Assembly (NCBI RefSeq): GCF_000025505.1
Contig: NC_013849.1
Coordinates: forward strand, 1,200,001-1,232,000
DNA from: Ferroglobus placidus DSM 10642
Lineage (GTDB): Archaea; Halobacteriota; Archaeoglobi; Archaeoglobales; Archaeoglobaceae
Direction: 5' to 3'
DNA: 32,000 bases
Shown here: positions 17,938 through 25,904 of the stretch, in pieces
Layout of the letters: each line of letters opens with the position of its first letter
Position numbering within the stretch: the stretch's first letter is position 1
The notes under the pieces: generated by a model
Databases searched by the model: none
Told to the model about the DNA's origin: nothing
What the model saw: only the letters and a program-made list of their open reading frames with translations
Position numbers and translations under genes: made by a program

Positions 17938-18313
17938 CGTTGACATCAGCTACAAAATCGAGTTCGAGAAGAAAATAGAGGACGTGGACGTTCACTTCTT
18001 CGGTCTCGCTTCCGGAGATTTGAATCCGATTCACTTCGACGAAGAGGTTGCTTCGAAGACGAAGTTTAAGGGAAGAGTCGTCCACGGAATGCTCACCACA
18101 AGCTTAGTTTCGGCAGCCGTAGCAAGAATGCCGGGGATAGTAGTTCTGCTCGAAGCCTGCTTCAAATATACGAAGCCGGTGAGGATCGGCGACACCGTTA
18201 AAGTTGTTGGAGAAGTTGTTGAAAAAGAGAAGAATAGATACAAACTCGATGTAAAATGCTTCGTAGGTGAAAACGTCGTGGCTGAGGGTTACGCAAAAGT
18301 TTTGCTCTGGTAG
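17938..18313 (+). pseudogene. 5'-truncated second copy of the MaoC/PhaJ gene
   Basis: Codons for YKIEF...KVLLW are nucleotide-identical to 9276-9637. The native N-terminal ~29 codons and start are missing. The ORF-track 197-aa ORF (17720-18313) extends only through AT-rich non-homologous sequence that contains the 49-bp repeat. Function via an alternative start cannot be excluded. Confidence 0.6.
17951..18312 (+). repeat. Direct repeat copy 2
   Basis: Identical to 9276-9637. Identity stops at the third base of the stop codon (TAA vs TAG). Confidence 0.9.
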
Positions 18314-18401
18314 ATTTAAGGTATTCGTTACCCTCCACCTTCAACGACACTCTTTTTCTCTGAGCAGACAGCTCGCTATTTTACAAATTCGACTGAAAGT
18401 A

Positions 18402-18474
18402 CGCCCCGGCCGGGATTCGAACCCGGGTCGAGGGTTCCGGAGACCCTCAGGATGTCCGCCTACCCCACCGGGGC
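18402..18474 (-). tRNA. tRNA-Arg (anticodon CCG)
   Basis: I folded it by hand. Acceptor GCCCCGG/CCGGGGC, anticodon stem AGGGT/ACCCT with loop CTCCGGA, T arm CCGGG-TTCGAAT-CCCGG and discriminator G. 73 nt, with no encoded CCA. Confidence 0.85.
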
Positions 18475-18622
18475 TGTAGTTATTCCTACCTCCTCATTAT
18501 TTCAGAATTTCTCTGCGAATGATACTTTATGAATTTTTACACAATCACGCGTTTTGAATTGCGTTATTATCTGGAGTTACTTGCAATCCGTGGAGAAAAT
18601 TTTTTATCGAAAACTTTGAAAA

Positions 18623-20878
18623 TTGAAGTTTGTGAAAGAAGACGCTCTCTCCCCGGTCGTCGGATTCATATTAATCATCCAGATCCTGATAATTTTTCTC
18701 ACTCTCGTGCAGACAGTTTTCATACCCGACCATCTCAAAAAAATTGAGGCTGATAATGTTGAAAAGCTAAGAGGAGAGGTCGAAAAGTTTTCAGCCCTTG
18801 CATCGTCCGGAGAAAGGGCTTACATGCTCGTAACTCTTCCAGACTATCCAGAATACCTTTTTCTTTTAACTCCCGAGCCAGCTGGCTCTTCAATTTACGC
18901 CGAGGAATTCAACATAACTCTAAAGTACACCGAGGTTCTTCCGAACGGAACTAAAGTGGACGTTTTGAAAAATTTGAAGAGTAGCAGAATTTACGTTAGG
19001 GTGGAGAACTACTACTATCCCGACGTCACTTTCATCTTCGAAAACGGAGCGATTTTTCAAAAGCAGGACAAGGCGATAGTTGCTGTTGGAGATCAAGCTC
19101 TAATTAACTCTGAAATTAAACTAACGATTCTAAAAGGCAACTTATCTTTAGCCTACAACACACCGAAAGAGATAGCTTTTCAACTGGTTTCCACGGGAGG
19201 ATTCGTTTACGGAGAGAACATTTCGATAACCTTCGAAAGCGTGAACCCAGATTTCTGGAGAAAATACGGAAGCGTGAGCGGAAATATCGTGACGATTAAC
19301 GCTTCGAGCGGAGTGATTAGGATAAACGTTTACGCTTTCGAAGGAGAAAGCGTTAGCAGAAAACCCTACAGACTCCTCAAACTCAATCCCTTCGACGAAT
19401 ATACAGTTGCGAAGGGAGACGTAAAGGAGTTCGGCGTAATTCTTCTGGACAGATTTAACAACCCGGTTGTTGGAGAGACCGTCAATGTTAGCGTTACCGG
19501 AGGAATTGGGACTGTAGACGGTTTACCATCGATAAGCAAGGTAACTGATTCTGCCGGAAGAGTTTACGTGAGTTTCAAAGCTACGAGCTCTGGAGAAGGC
19601 ACTGTTACGTTTGAAGTAGGAAATCTGAGCGCATCTTACTCCATAAAAGTCGTCGCTCCGCAAGTTTCTGGAGCTTCTCTGATCAACGTGGAGTGGTTGA
19701 ACAAAGCGAACCTCGAAAGTCCCTGGGATGCTTATTTGGAGGGAAGAAGAGTTTTAAGCGTAAAAGTTTACGATCAGGACTTACAGCCAATTCCAGACAT
19801 CGATGTAAAATTCGTTGTGACGAACTCTTCTGTCGTAGAATTAAATGCAACTGTTGCGAGAACGAATTCGAGCGGTATTGCAAGTGTAGAGGCTTATCCT
19901 TTAGCCAACGGAACCACCAAGGTTTACGCATTTGCTGGAGACGCTGGAGACGTTCTGAATCTAACAATCATAAACGTAACGAGACCTCCCTGGGTTTACC
20001 CCGGCTGGAAGTACAGAGTCCCAATTTACGTCGAGGAGCTTTCAGGAAACGACCTCATCGATTACCAAATTCTCGTTACGCTCGACGCAAGCTTCAACTG
20101 GAGTCATGCCAAATCTGATGGTTCAGATATTAGGTTTGCTGACAAGAATGGAAATCCAATCCCGTACTGGATTGAAAGCTGGAATTATGGTTCATCCGCA
20201 AAAATCTGGGTGAAGCTGAATATAACTGCTAACGAGAATAAAACAATTTACATGTATTATGGAAATGCAAGTGCCACGAGTGAGAGTGACGGTGATAACG
20301 TTTTTGACTTCTTCGACGATTTTACCACTACAAATTTGAACACCTCTAAATGGACAGTTGTTGACCAAATTCCTAGTATCCAACACTCAATACTCATACT
20401 TACTGGCGGTGACAGTATTGATGCTATTAAAACTCTTAAAAGCTTTAGTCCGCCCATTGCTATTCACTACTATCTAGCTCCATCAGAAACAAGTGGTGAC
20501 TGGGATACTGGAATAGGATTCGGCAAATCTCGAAACAATATGTTAAGATTTACTGATGATACTATAAGTTCTTGGAGAAATTATTTAACAATTCATTACA
20601 AGGGTTGGTGGTCAGACACTATTGAAATACAAACTCCAAGATCTGACTATACAACATTTCACGAGTATCAAGTAATAGTTACAAATAGTGGATCGATATT
20701 TAAGGATCTGACTGATGAAAGGGGGAATCCTTCCCAGTACTCTCTGAACAATGGAAACATTTGGCTCGTTTCAGATAATGATAATTCGGGAAATCAGGGA
20801 TTGTTTGACTGGATCTTTGTTAGAAAATACGTAAATCCAGAACCAAAAGTAACAATCGGTCAAGAAGAGAAATATTAG
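18623..20878 (+). CDS. Large secreted/surface protein with a type IV pilin-like (class III) signal peptide, Ig-like repeats and a DUF2341 + LamG/ConA-like C-terminus
   Basis: N-terminus MKFVKEDALSPVVGFILIIQILIIFLTLV resembles the archaeal Pilin_N signature (xAVSPVIGVILMV). The middle has Big-like segments (VNVSVTGGIGTVDG...VTDSAGRVYVSFKATSSGEGTVTFEV). DUF2341-like: YRVPIYV...DGSDIRFADKNGNPIPYWIESW...AKIWVKLN...IYMYYGN. I count about 18 N-X-S/T sequons. The start is TTG 18623 or GTG 18632. Confidence 0.75.
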   Translation: MKFVKEDALSPVVGFILIIQILIIFLTLVQTVFIPDHLKKIEADNVEKLRGEVEKFSALASSGERAYMLVTLPDYPEYLFLLTPEPAGSSIYAEEFNITLKYTEVLPNGTKVDVLKNLKSSRIYVRVENYYYPDVTFIFENGAIFQKQDKAIVAVGDQALINSEIKLTILKGNLSLAYNTPKEIAFQLVSTGGFVYGENISITFESVNPDFWRKYGSVSGNIVTINASSGVIRINVYAFEGESVSRKPYRLLKLNPFDEYTVAKGDVKEFGVILLDRFNNPVVGETVNVSVTGGIGTVDGLPSISKVTDSAGRVYVSFKATSSGEGTVTFEVGNLSASYSIKVVAPQVSGASLINVEWLNKANLESPWDAYLEGRRVLSVKVYDQDLQPIPDIDVKFVVTNSSVVELNATVARTNSSGIASVEAYPLANGTTKVYAFAGDAGDVLNLTIINVTRPPWVYPGWKYRVPIYVEELSGNDLIDYQILVTLDASFNWSHAKSDGSDIRFADKNGNPIPYWIESWNYGSSAKIWVKLNITANENKTIYMYYGNASATSESDGDNVFDFFDDFTTTNLNTSKWTVVDQIPSIQHSILILTGGDSIDAIKTLKSFSPPIAIHYYLAPSETSGDWDTGIGFGKSRNNMLRFTDDTISSWRNYLTIHYKGWWSDTIEIQTPRSDYTTFHEYQVIVTNSGSIFKDLTDERGNPSQYSLNNGNIWLVSDNDNSGNQGLFDWIFVRKYVNPEPKVTIGQEEKY

Positions 20879-20886
20879 GTGAGAAC

Positions 20887-21243
20887 GTGGAATTTCTAAA
20901 AAAGAATGCGAAGAAGTTTCTGGAAAAAGCTGAGGAAAGCTTTGAAAAGGGAGAATACAATTTCGTAATGTTTTTCGTTGAACAGTTCTTTCAGTTGATT
21001 TTGAAGTTTCTTATTGCTAAAAAGTTTGGTGAATTTCCGAAAACGCACAATTTCAAGATTCTTTTCGAACTAACGGAGGATGAAACCCTAATGAAATTTT
21101 ACCGAGAAAATCTTGATCTGCTGAGGGAGATAGAGTTGTCGTACGTAGCTTCTCGATGTTTCGATGTCGAGTACTCTAAAAACGTAGCCGAAAGGAGTTT
21201 AAACCTTGCAAAAACGTTTTTAAGGGTGATAAAAGTTGATTAA
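20887..21243 (+). CDS. HEPN domain protein (toxin-type component of a HEPN/MNT pair)
   Basis: 118 aa, helical. GEFPKTHNFKILF and YVASRCFDVEY correspond to the conserved HEPN (PF05168-type) segments. GTG start with AGGTGA upstream. Confidence 0.7.
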   Translation: MEFLKKNAKKFLEKAEESFEKGEYNFVMFFVEQFFQLILKFLIAKKFGEFPKTHNFKILFELTEDETLMKFYRENLDLLREIELSYVASRCFDVEYSKNVAERSLNLAKTFLRVIKVD

Positions 21244-21571
21244 AAAGTACTTCGAAGTGCTTAAAAAAAATAGAGAGCTTTTCGAGAAAGCAGATGAAAT
21301 TGCGAGAGAGGTGAAGGAGAGGGCGAAAAAGTTGTTTGATGATTGCGAAGTATACATAGTTGGAAGTTATGCGAAAAAGGAGTTCACGTTGTCTTCCGAT
21401 CTCGACATCCTAATCGTTTCGAGCAAAATTCCCGAAAAGTTCAGCTTCGAATGGTATTCCGAAATTGTAAAGTCCCTTACCGACGACAACCGAATAAATA
21501 TTCATCTCGTTAGCAGGAAAAAGTTCGACAACTTAAAAAGTCTTTACCGACCGAGAATTCCGGTAGATTAA
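21236..21571 (+). CDS. Minimal nucleotidyltransferase (MNT), partner of the HEPN protein
   Basis: VYIVGSYAKKEFTLSSDLDILIVS is the GS...(D/S)DxD pol-beta NTase motif. It overlaps the HEPN gene by 8 nt. Confidence 0.8.
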   Translation: MIKKYFEVLKKNRELFEKADEIAREVKERAKKLFDDCEVYIVGSYAKKEFTLSSDLDILIVSSKIPEKFSFEWYSEIVKSLTDDNRINIHLVSRKKFDNLKSLYRPRIPVD

Positions 21572-21711
21572 AAGAAAGTTTCAGGTTTGTTGGAAATACT
21601 GTCGAGAGCTTAAGTAAATCAAGCCAATTTTTTTACCACGCAAAAATTTGCCAGAGAACTCGTTTTGAAGAAGAAAAACGTTTTAAATTACCTTAACGCT
21701 AACCTAAAAAC

Positions 21712-23409
21712 ATGAGCGAGATCATGGAAATGCTCGTCAGAAGAGGCTTTCTCTGGCAGTCTTTCGAAATCTACGGAGGAATGGCGGGTTTCATCGATTA
21801 CGGTCCTTTAGGAAATGCGGTAAGAAGAAAACTCGAAAACCTTTGGAGAAAGTACTTCGTTATCAACGAAAGGAGCGTTGAAATAGACACGCCGACGATA
21901 GGTGTCGAAGAGGTTTTCATAGCTTCCGGGCATGCAGAAGGTTTTACGGACGTTGCCATCGAATGCGAAAGCTGTGGGAGGGTTTTCCGAGCGGATCACT
22001 ACATAAAGGAGAAGCTGAACATCGAAGTTGATCCGACGATAGAGAGGGTTTGGGACGTTATCGTTGAATTCAACTTGAAGTGCGAGTGCGGTGGAAACTT
22101 CAAAAAACCTTTCCACTTCAACCTAATGTTCGAAACGAAAATTGGTCCCGGAAAAGGTAAAAAAGGTTATCTCCGCCCGGAAACGGCGCAGGGAATTTTC
22201 ATAGCATTCAAAAGACTTTCGAACTACTTTAGAGACAAGTTGCCCTTCGGCGTTGCTCAGATTGGAAGAGCTTACAGAAACGAGATTAGTCCGAGACAAG
22301 GGGTAATAAGGCTGAGAGAGTTCAATCAGGCGGAATTAGAGTTTTTCTGCCATCCGGGAGAGAAAAAACACCCGGAGTTTTACAAGTACGCCAACGATGT
22401 CGTCACTCTCGTGGACAAGTTCGATAAAGAACATAGAGTTACGTTGAAGGAAGCTGTTGAGAGGGGTATAATAGCTCACGAGCTTTTAGCGTACTTTATT
22501 GGAAAAACGAGAAGATTTCTCCTCGAAGCCGGAGTTAAGGACGAGAAGCTCCGCTTCAGACAGCACAAGGATGATGAGAGAGCCCATTATGCCGTAGATT
22601 GCTGGGACGCTGAAGCTTTAACGTCTTACGGCTGGGTTGAAATTGTGGGAATCGCTGACAGAAGCGACTATGACTTAAGTAGACATACGAAGTTCAGCGG
22701 CGAAGATTTGAGCGTTTTCGTTCCGTTTAAGGAGCCAATAAAAGTAAAGAGGAAGAAAGTCGTTCCGAATTTGGCTAAACTCGGACCGGTTTACAAGGAC
22801 AAAGCTAAAAAGATAGCCGAAGAGCTTGAGAAAATAGAAAACGCTGGAGACGAGATCGAAGTTGTAGTTGACGGAGAGAAGATAAAGCTCTCCAAAGAGT
22901 TCTACGAGGTAAAGGAAGTTGAAGAGGAGGTGCACGGAGAGAGGATAATACCGCACGTTGTAGAGCCTTCGTTCGGATTGGACAGAATTACCTACGTCTT
23001 GCTCGAGCACGCCTTCGATAAAGATGTGGTTGACGGAGAGGAGAGGAGAGTGCTGAGACTGAAGAGATGGATGGCTCCGATAGACGTGGCTGTGCTACCC
23101 CTCCTTTCGAGAGAAGAGTTCCAGAAAAAGGCTCTGGAAATCGTGGAAATGCTGAGAGAAAACGGAATTTACACCGAATACGACGATTCCGGAAGTATAG
23201 GAAGGAGGTACAGAAGATTCGACGAAGTAGGAGTTCCTTTCTGCGTTACCGTGGATCATCAAACTTTTGAAGACGATACGGTGACTATAAGGGACAGGGA
23301 CACGACGAAGCAGGTGAGAGTTAAAGTAGAAGAGCTCGTAGGGGTTCTGAAGGAATTGCTTAACAGCGAAAAGAGCATAGAAGAGTTTGGCGAAATTTTC
23401 AAAGCTTAA
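21712..23409 (+). CDS. glyS: Glycine--tRNA ligase (archaeal/eukaryotic dimeric type)
   Basis: 565 aa with FEIYGGMAGFIDYGPLG, YLRPETAQGIF, GRAYRNEISPR and EPSFGLDRI class II motifs. Confidence 0.9.
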   Translation: MSEIMEMLVRRGFLWQSFEIYGGMAGFIDYGPLGNAVRRKLENLWRKYFVINERSVEIDTPTIGVEEVFIASGHAEGFTDVAIECESCGRVFRADHYIKEKLNIEVDPTIERVWDVIVEFNLKCECGGNFKKPFHFNLMFETKIGPGKGKKGYLRPETAQGIFIAFKRLSNYFRDKLPFGVAQIGRAYRNEISPRQGVIRLREFNQAELEFFCHPGEKKHPEFYKYANDVVTLVDKFDKEHRVTLKEAVERGIIAHELLAYFIGKTRRFLLEAGVKDEKLRFRQHKDDERAHYAVDCWDAEALTSYGWVEIVGIADRSDYDLSRHTKFSGEDLSVFVPFKEPIKVKRKKVVPNLAKLGPVYKDKAKKIAEELEKIENAGDEIEVVVDGEKIKLSKEFYEVKEVEEEVHGERIIPHVVEPSFGLDRITYVLLEHAFDKDVVDGEERRVLRLKRWMAPIDVAVLPLLSREEFQKKALEIVEMLRENGIYTEYDDSGSIGRRYRRFDEVGVPFCVTVDHQTFEDDTVTIRDRDTTKQVRVKVEELVGVLKELLNSEKSIEEFGEIFKA

Positions 23410-23813
23410 GAACTTCTCAGCTTTTTTAACCTCTCGCTCAACTCAACAATTTCGTTGAGAATTGAAATGATTTCCTCCATTTCTCTCAAGCTGTCGGCTT
23501 TGACGAGCTTTTCTGAAAGCTTCTTCATAACCTCCGTCAAATTTTCCTCGACGTAATCGAAATTTGCATTAAACCTCGCTTTCGTAGGCACTTCTTCCGC
23601 AATTTTTTCGACGACCTTCTCCGTTTCTTCCTTAATCTCTCCGATTTTTTTCACGTGATTCTCCACGATCTCGTACTCCACTTTACATCCAGGGCAGAAA
23701 GTCTTACCTTCGTGCTTGAACAAAGGCAATCCACAATCTTGGCAGTGAAACTGAAGCATTTTCGCTCCTTTGTAGAGAAGTTCAGCTGCTTCCGAAATTT
23801 TTTTATCCTCCAT
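23406..23813 (-). CDS. UPF0148 / autoantigen-p27-like zinc-ribbon protein
   Basis: MEDKKISEAAELLYKGAKMLQFHCQDCGLPLFKHEGKTFCPGC matches the family N-terminus. I prefer the ATG at 23813 to the ORF-track start at 23912, which would overlap the divergent gene. Confidence 0.7.
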   Translation of the reverse strand: MEDKKISEAAELLYKGAKMLQFHCQDCGLPLFKHEGKTFCPGCKVEYEIVENHVKKIGEIKEETEKVVEKIAEEVPTKARFNANFDYVEENLTEVMKKLSEKLVKADSLREMEEIISILNEIVELSERLKKLRSS

Positions 23814-23861
23814 GGGTTTATTAGCGAACAAAGTGTAAATTTCTTTTTCGGAGGTGATGAT

Positions 23862-24113
23862 ATGAACGAAGCTCTGAAGAATGCGTTGGACATTCTGAAT
23901 AAGATAATCCACGACGATTCCGTTCCGAGGAACGTAAGGAGAGTAGCAAGTGAAATAAAGGAGGAGCTAAGCTCGGGAGAAAACATTGCTGTGAAAGCAG
24001 CAACAGCCATTTCAACTCTTGAGGAACTTTCAGCAGATCCCAACTTACCGATGCACGTAAGAACTATGATATGGAACTTGACGAGCCAGCTTGAGAGGTT
24101 GGCTGTCGAGTAG
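23862..24113 (+). CDS. UPF0147 family small helical protein
   Basis: ILNKIIHDDSVPRNVRRVASEIKEEL...AVKAATAISTLEELSADPNLPMHVRTMIWNL matches my recollection of archaeal UPF0147 proteins. ATG at 23862 with GGAGGTGAT upstream. Confidence 0.7.
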   Translation: MNEALKNALDILNKIIHDDSVPRNVRRVASEIKEELSSGENIAVKAATAISTLEELSADPNLPMHVRTMIWNLTSQLERLAVE

Positions 24114-24158
24114 TTTTTTATCCCGCTTTTTCTCTCCAAGTTTGATAAATTTTCAATT

Positions 24159-24182
24159 ACTTAACTCTTCGAAGAGCTAAGT
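24159..24182. promoter_or_regulatory. 24-bp near-perfect palindrome in the flaI-like upstream region
   Basis: acttaactcttc|gaagagctaagt has one mismatch between its arms. It is followed at 24191-24205 by a 5-bp stem hairpin (agtct-tttta-agact). Confidence 0.35.
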
Positions 24183-24365
24183 TAGTTTACAGTCTTTTTA
24201 AGACTCTGCTCGATTAACGATCGGCGGACACTTCAAACGAGCCTGTTCGGAACTCTTTTAGGCTTTCCCCCTCACGAACATGAAGGAATTTAATCCGATG
24301 GCAATGTTTCTGGACTTGTTCAGGAAACGATAACTTTTTAGTGGTAGCAATAGATTTTTAAATCG

Positions 24366-25904
24366 ATGTTTGTAACGGCAAGGCACTACTACTCACTTCT
24401 TGAGGAGTTGAGAAAAGAACTCGACATCTTAGCGGTGGAAGAAGTTTTGCCTGGCGATGAGGAAGAAATTCTGGAGGAATACTGGATCGTCGAAAATTTT
24501 GCAAAAGTTCAGATAAGGATGAATTCTCGAAACCTTAGAAAACGATATTTCTTAATAGAACCGCAGATATCGAGGGAAGAGGCAAAATTGCTTCACGTAA
24601 TCTACGAGGACGTTAGGAGAAAGCTAATTTACAGCGATGAAGAGAATTTGTTTGACTCTCTAATCAAAGCTTTGAAAAAAGTTTTGAGCGACTATTCGAT
24701 TAAAGTCGAGGACGAACTTTACGTTAAGATGCTGTACTATTTTGTGAGGGATTTTTTGGGAGTTGGTGCTGTTGAACCGATTCTGAACGATGAGAACGTC
24801 GAGGATATAAGTTGTGACGGTTACGACATTCCCGTTTTCGTTTACCACAGGAAGTACGGAAACATGCCGACGAACCTCACGTTCTCTAAAGAAGAACTTG
24901 ACAGCTACGTTCTCTCCCTTGCACAAAAAGCGAACAAGCACCTTTCTTACGCAAATCCCATCGTCGACGCCACTTTGCCTGATGGAAGCAGAATTCAAAT
25001 AACCTACGGAAGCGAAATCTCCACAAGAGGGAGCACGTTTACGATAAGAAAGTTTAGAAGCGACCCTTTTACGCCGATAGACCTTATAAACCTCGGAACG
25101 TTATCTTCTAAAATAACGGCTTACTTCTGGCTCTTGGTGGAGAACAAGAGAAGTTTTATGGTGATAGGTGAGACGGCAAGCGGAAAAACGACGACTCTCA
25201 ACGCTTTGCTCATGTTTATTCCTCCAGACAGTAAAGTTGTGTCGATCGAGGATACGAGAGAAATCCAGCTCTACCACGACAACTGGATTCCTGAAGTTAC
25301 GAGAATAAGCGTTGAAGGAACTGAAATAGATATGTACGATTTGCTAAAAGCGGCTTTAAGGCAACGACCGGATTATATCGTCGTAGGAGAAGTCAGAGGG
25401 AGAGAGGCTCAAACGCTTTTCCAAGCTATGGCAACCGGACACGCTTCATATGCGACATTTCACGCTGGAGATGTAAATCAGCTAATTTACAGACTTGAAG
25501 AAGATCCGTTGAACGTTCCGAGAGTGTTAATTCAGTTTCTCGATGCCGTGATCGTTCAGAGTCTTTGGGTGAAGAGAAACGAAAAAAAGAGGAGAGCAAA
25601 AGAAATTTTTGAAATAATTGGGCTGGATCCGACGACGAAGGAGCTAATAATTAATCCGATTTATCGCTGGGAACCATCTTTAGACAGATTCACCGAAATT
25701 TCCGTTCCAAAAACTCTTGAGAAAATTGCTGAGAGTTCCGGATTAACTATGGGGGAAATTTTCGAGGAAATAGAGGAAAGAAAAACTTTCCTTGAGATGA
25801 TGAGAGAAAAGGGAATAAGGTACTACAAAGACGTTTCGAGACTTATTGCTCTCTACTATTCGAATCCGGAAGTTGCTTTCGAGGAGTTGAGGGGATCGAC
25901 TTGA
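24366..25904 (+). CDS. FlaI/ArlI-like type II/IV secretion family ATPase (type IV pilus/archaellum assembly)
   Basis: Walker A GETASGKTTTLNAL, Walker B-region DYIVVGEVRGREA and His box-like ATFHA. 512 aa. Confidence 0.85.
   Translation: MFVTARHYYSLLEELRKELDILAVEEVLPGDEEEILEEYWIVENFAKVQIRMNSRNLRKRYFLIEPQISREEAKLLHVIYEDVRRKLIYSDEENLFDSLIKALKKVLSDYSIKVEDELYVKMLYYFVRDFLGVGAVEPILNDENVEDISCDGYDIPVFVYHRKYGNMPTNLTFSKEELDSYVLSLAQKANKHLSYANPIVDATLPDGSRIQITYGSEISTRGSTFTIRKFRSDPFTPIDLINLGTLSSKITAYFWLLVENKRSFMVIGETASGKTTTLNALLMFIPPDSKVVSIEDTREIQLYHDNWIPEVTRISVEGTEIDMYDLLKAALRQRPDYIVVGEVRGREAQTLFQAMATGHASYATFHAGDVNQLIYRLEEDPLNVPRVLIQFLDAVIVQSLWVKRNEKKRRAKEIFEIIGLDPTTKELIINPIYRWEPSLDRFTEISVPKTLEKIAESSGLTMGEIFEEIEERKTFLEMMREKGIRYYKDVSRLIALYYSNPEVAFEELRGST

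Noticed and set aside
18321-18340. Possible third partial copy of the 49-bp element (cgttaccctccacc vs gttaccctcccacc)
   Set aside because: Only about 13 nt match, with a gap. This is within chance expectation for a 32-kb window.
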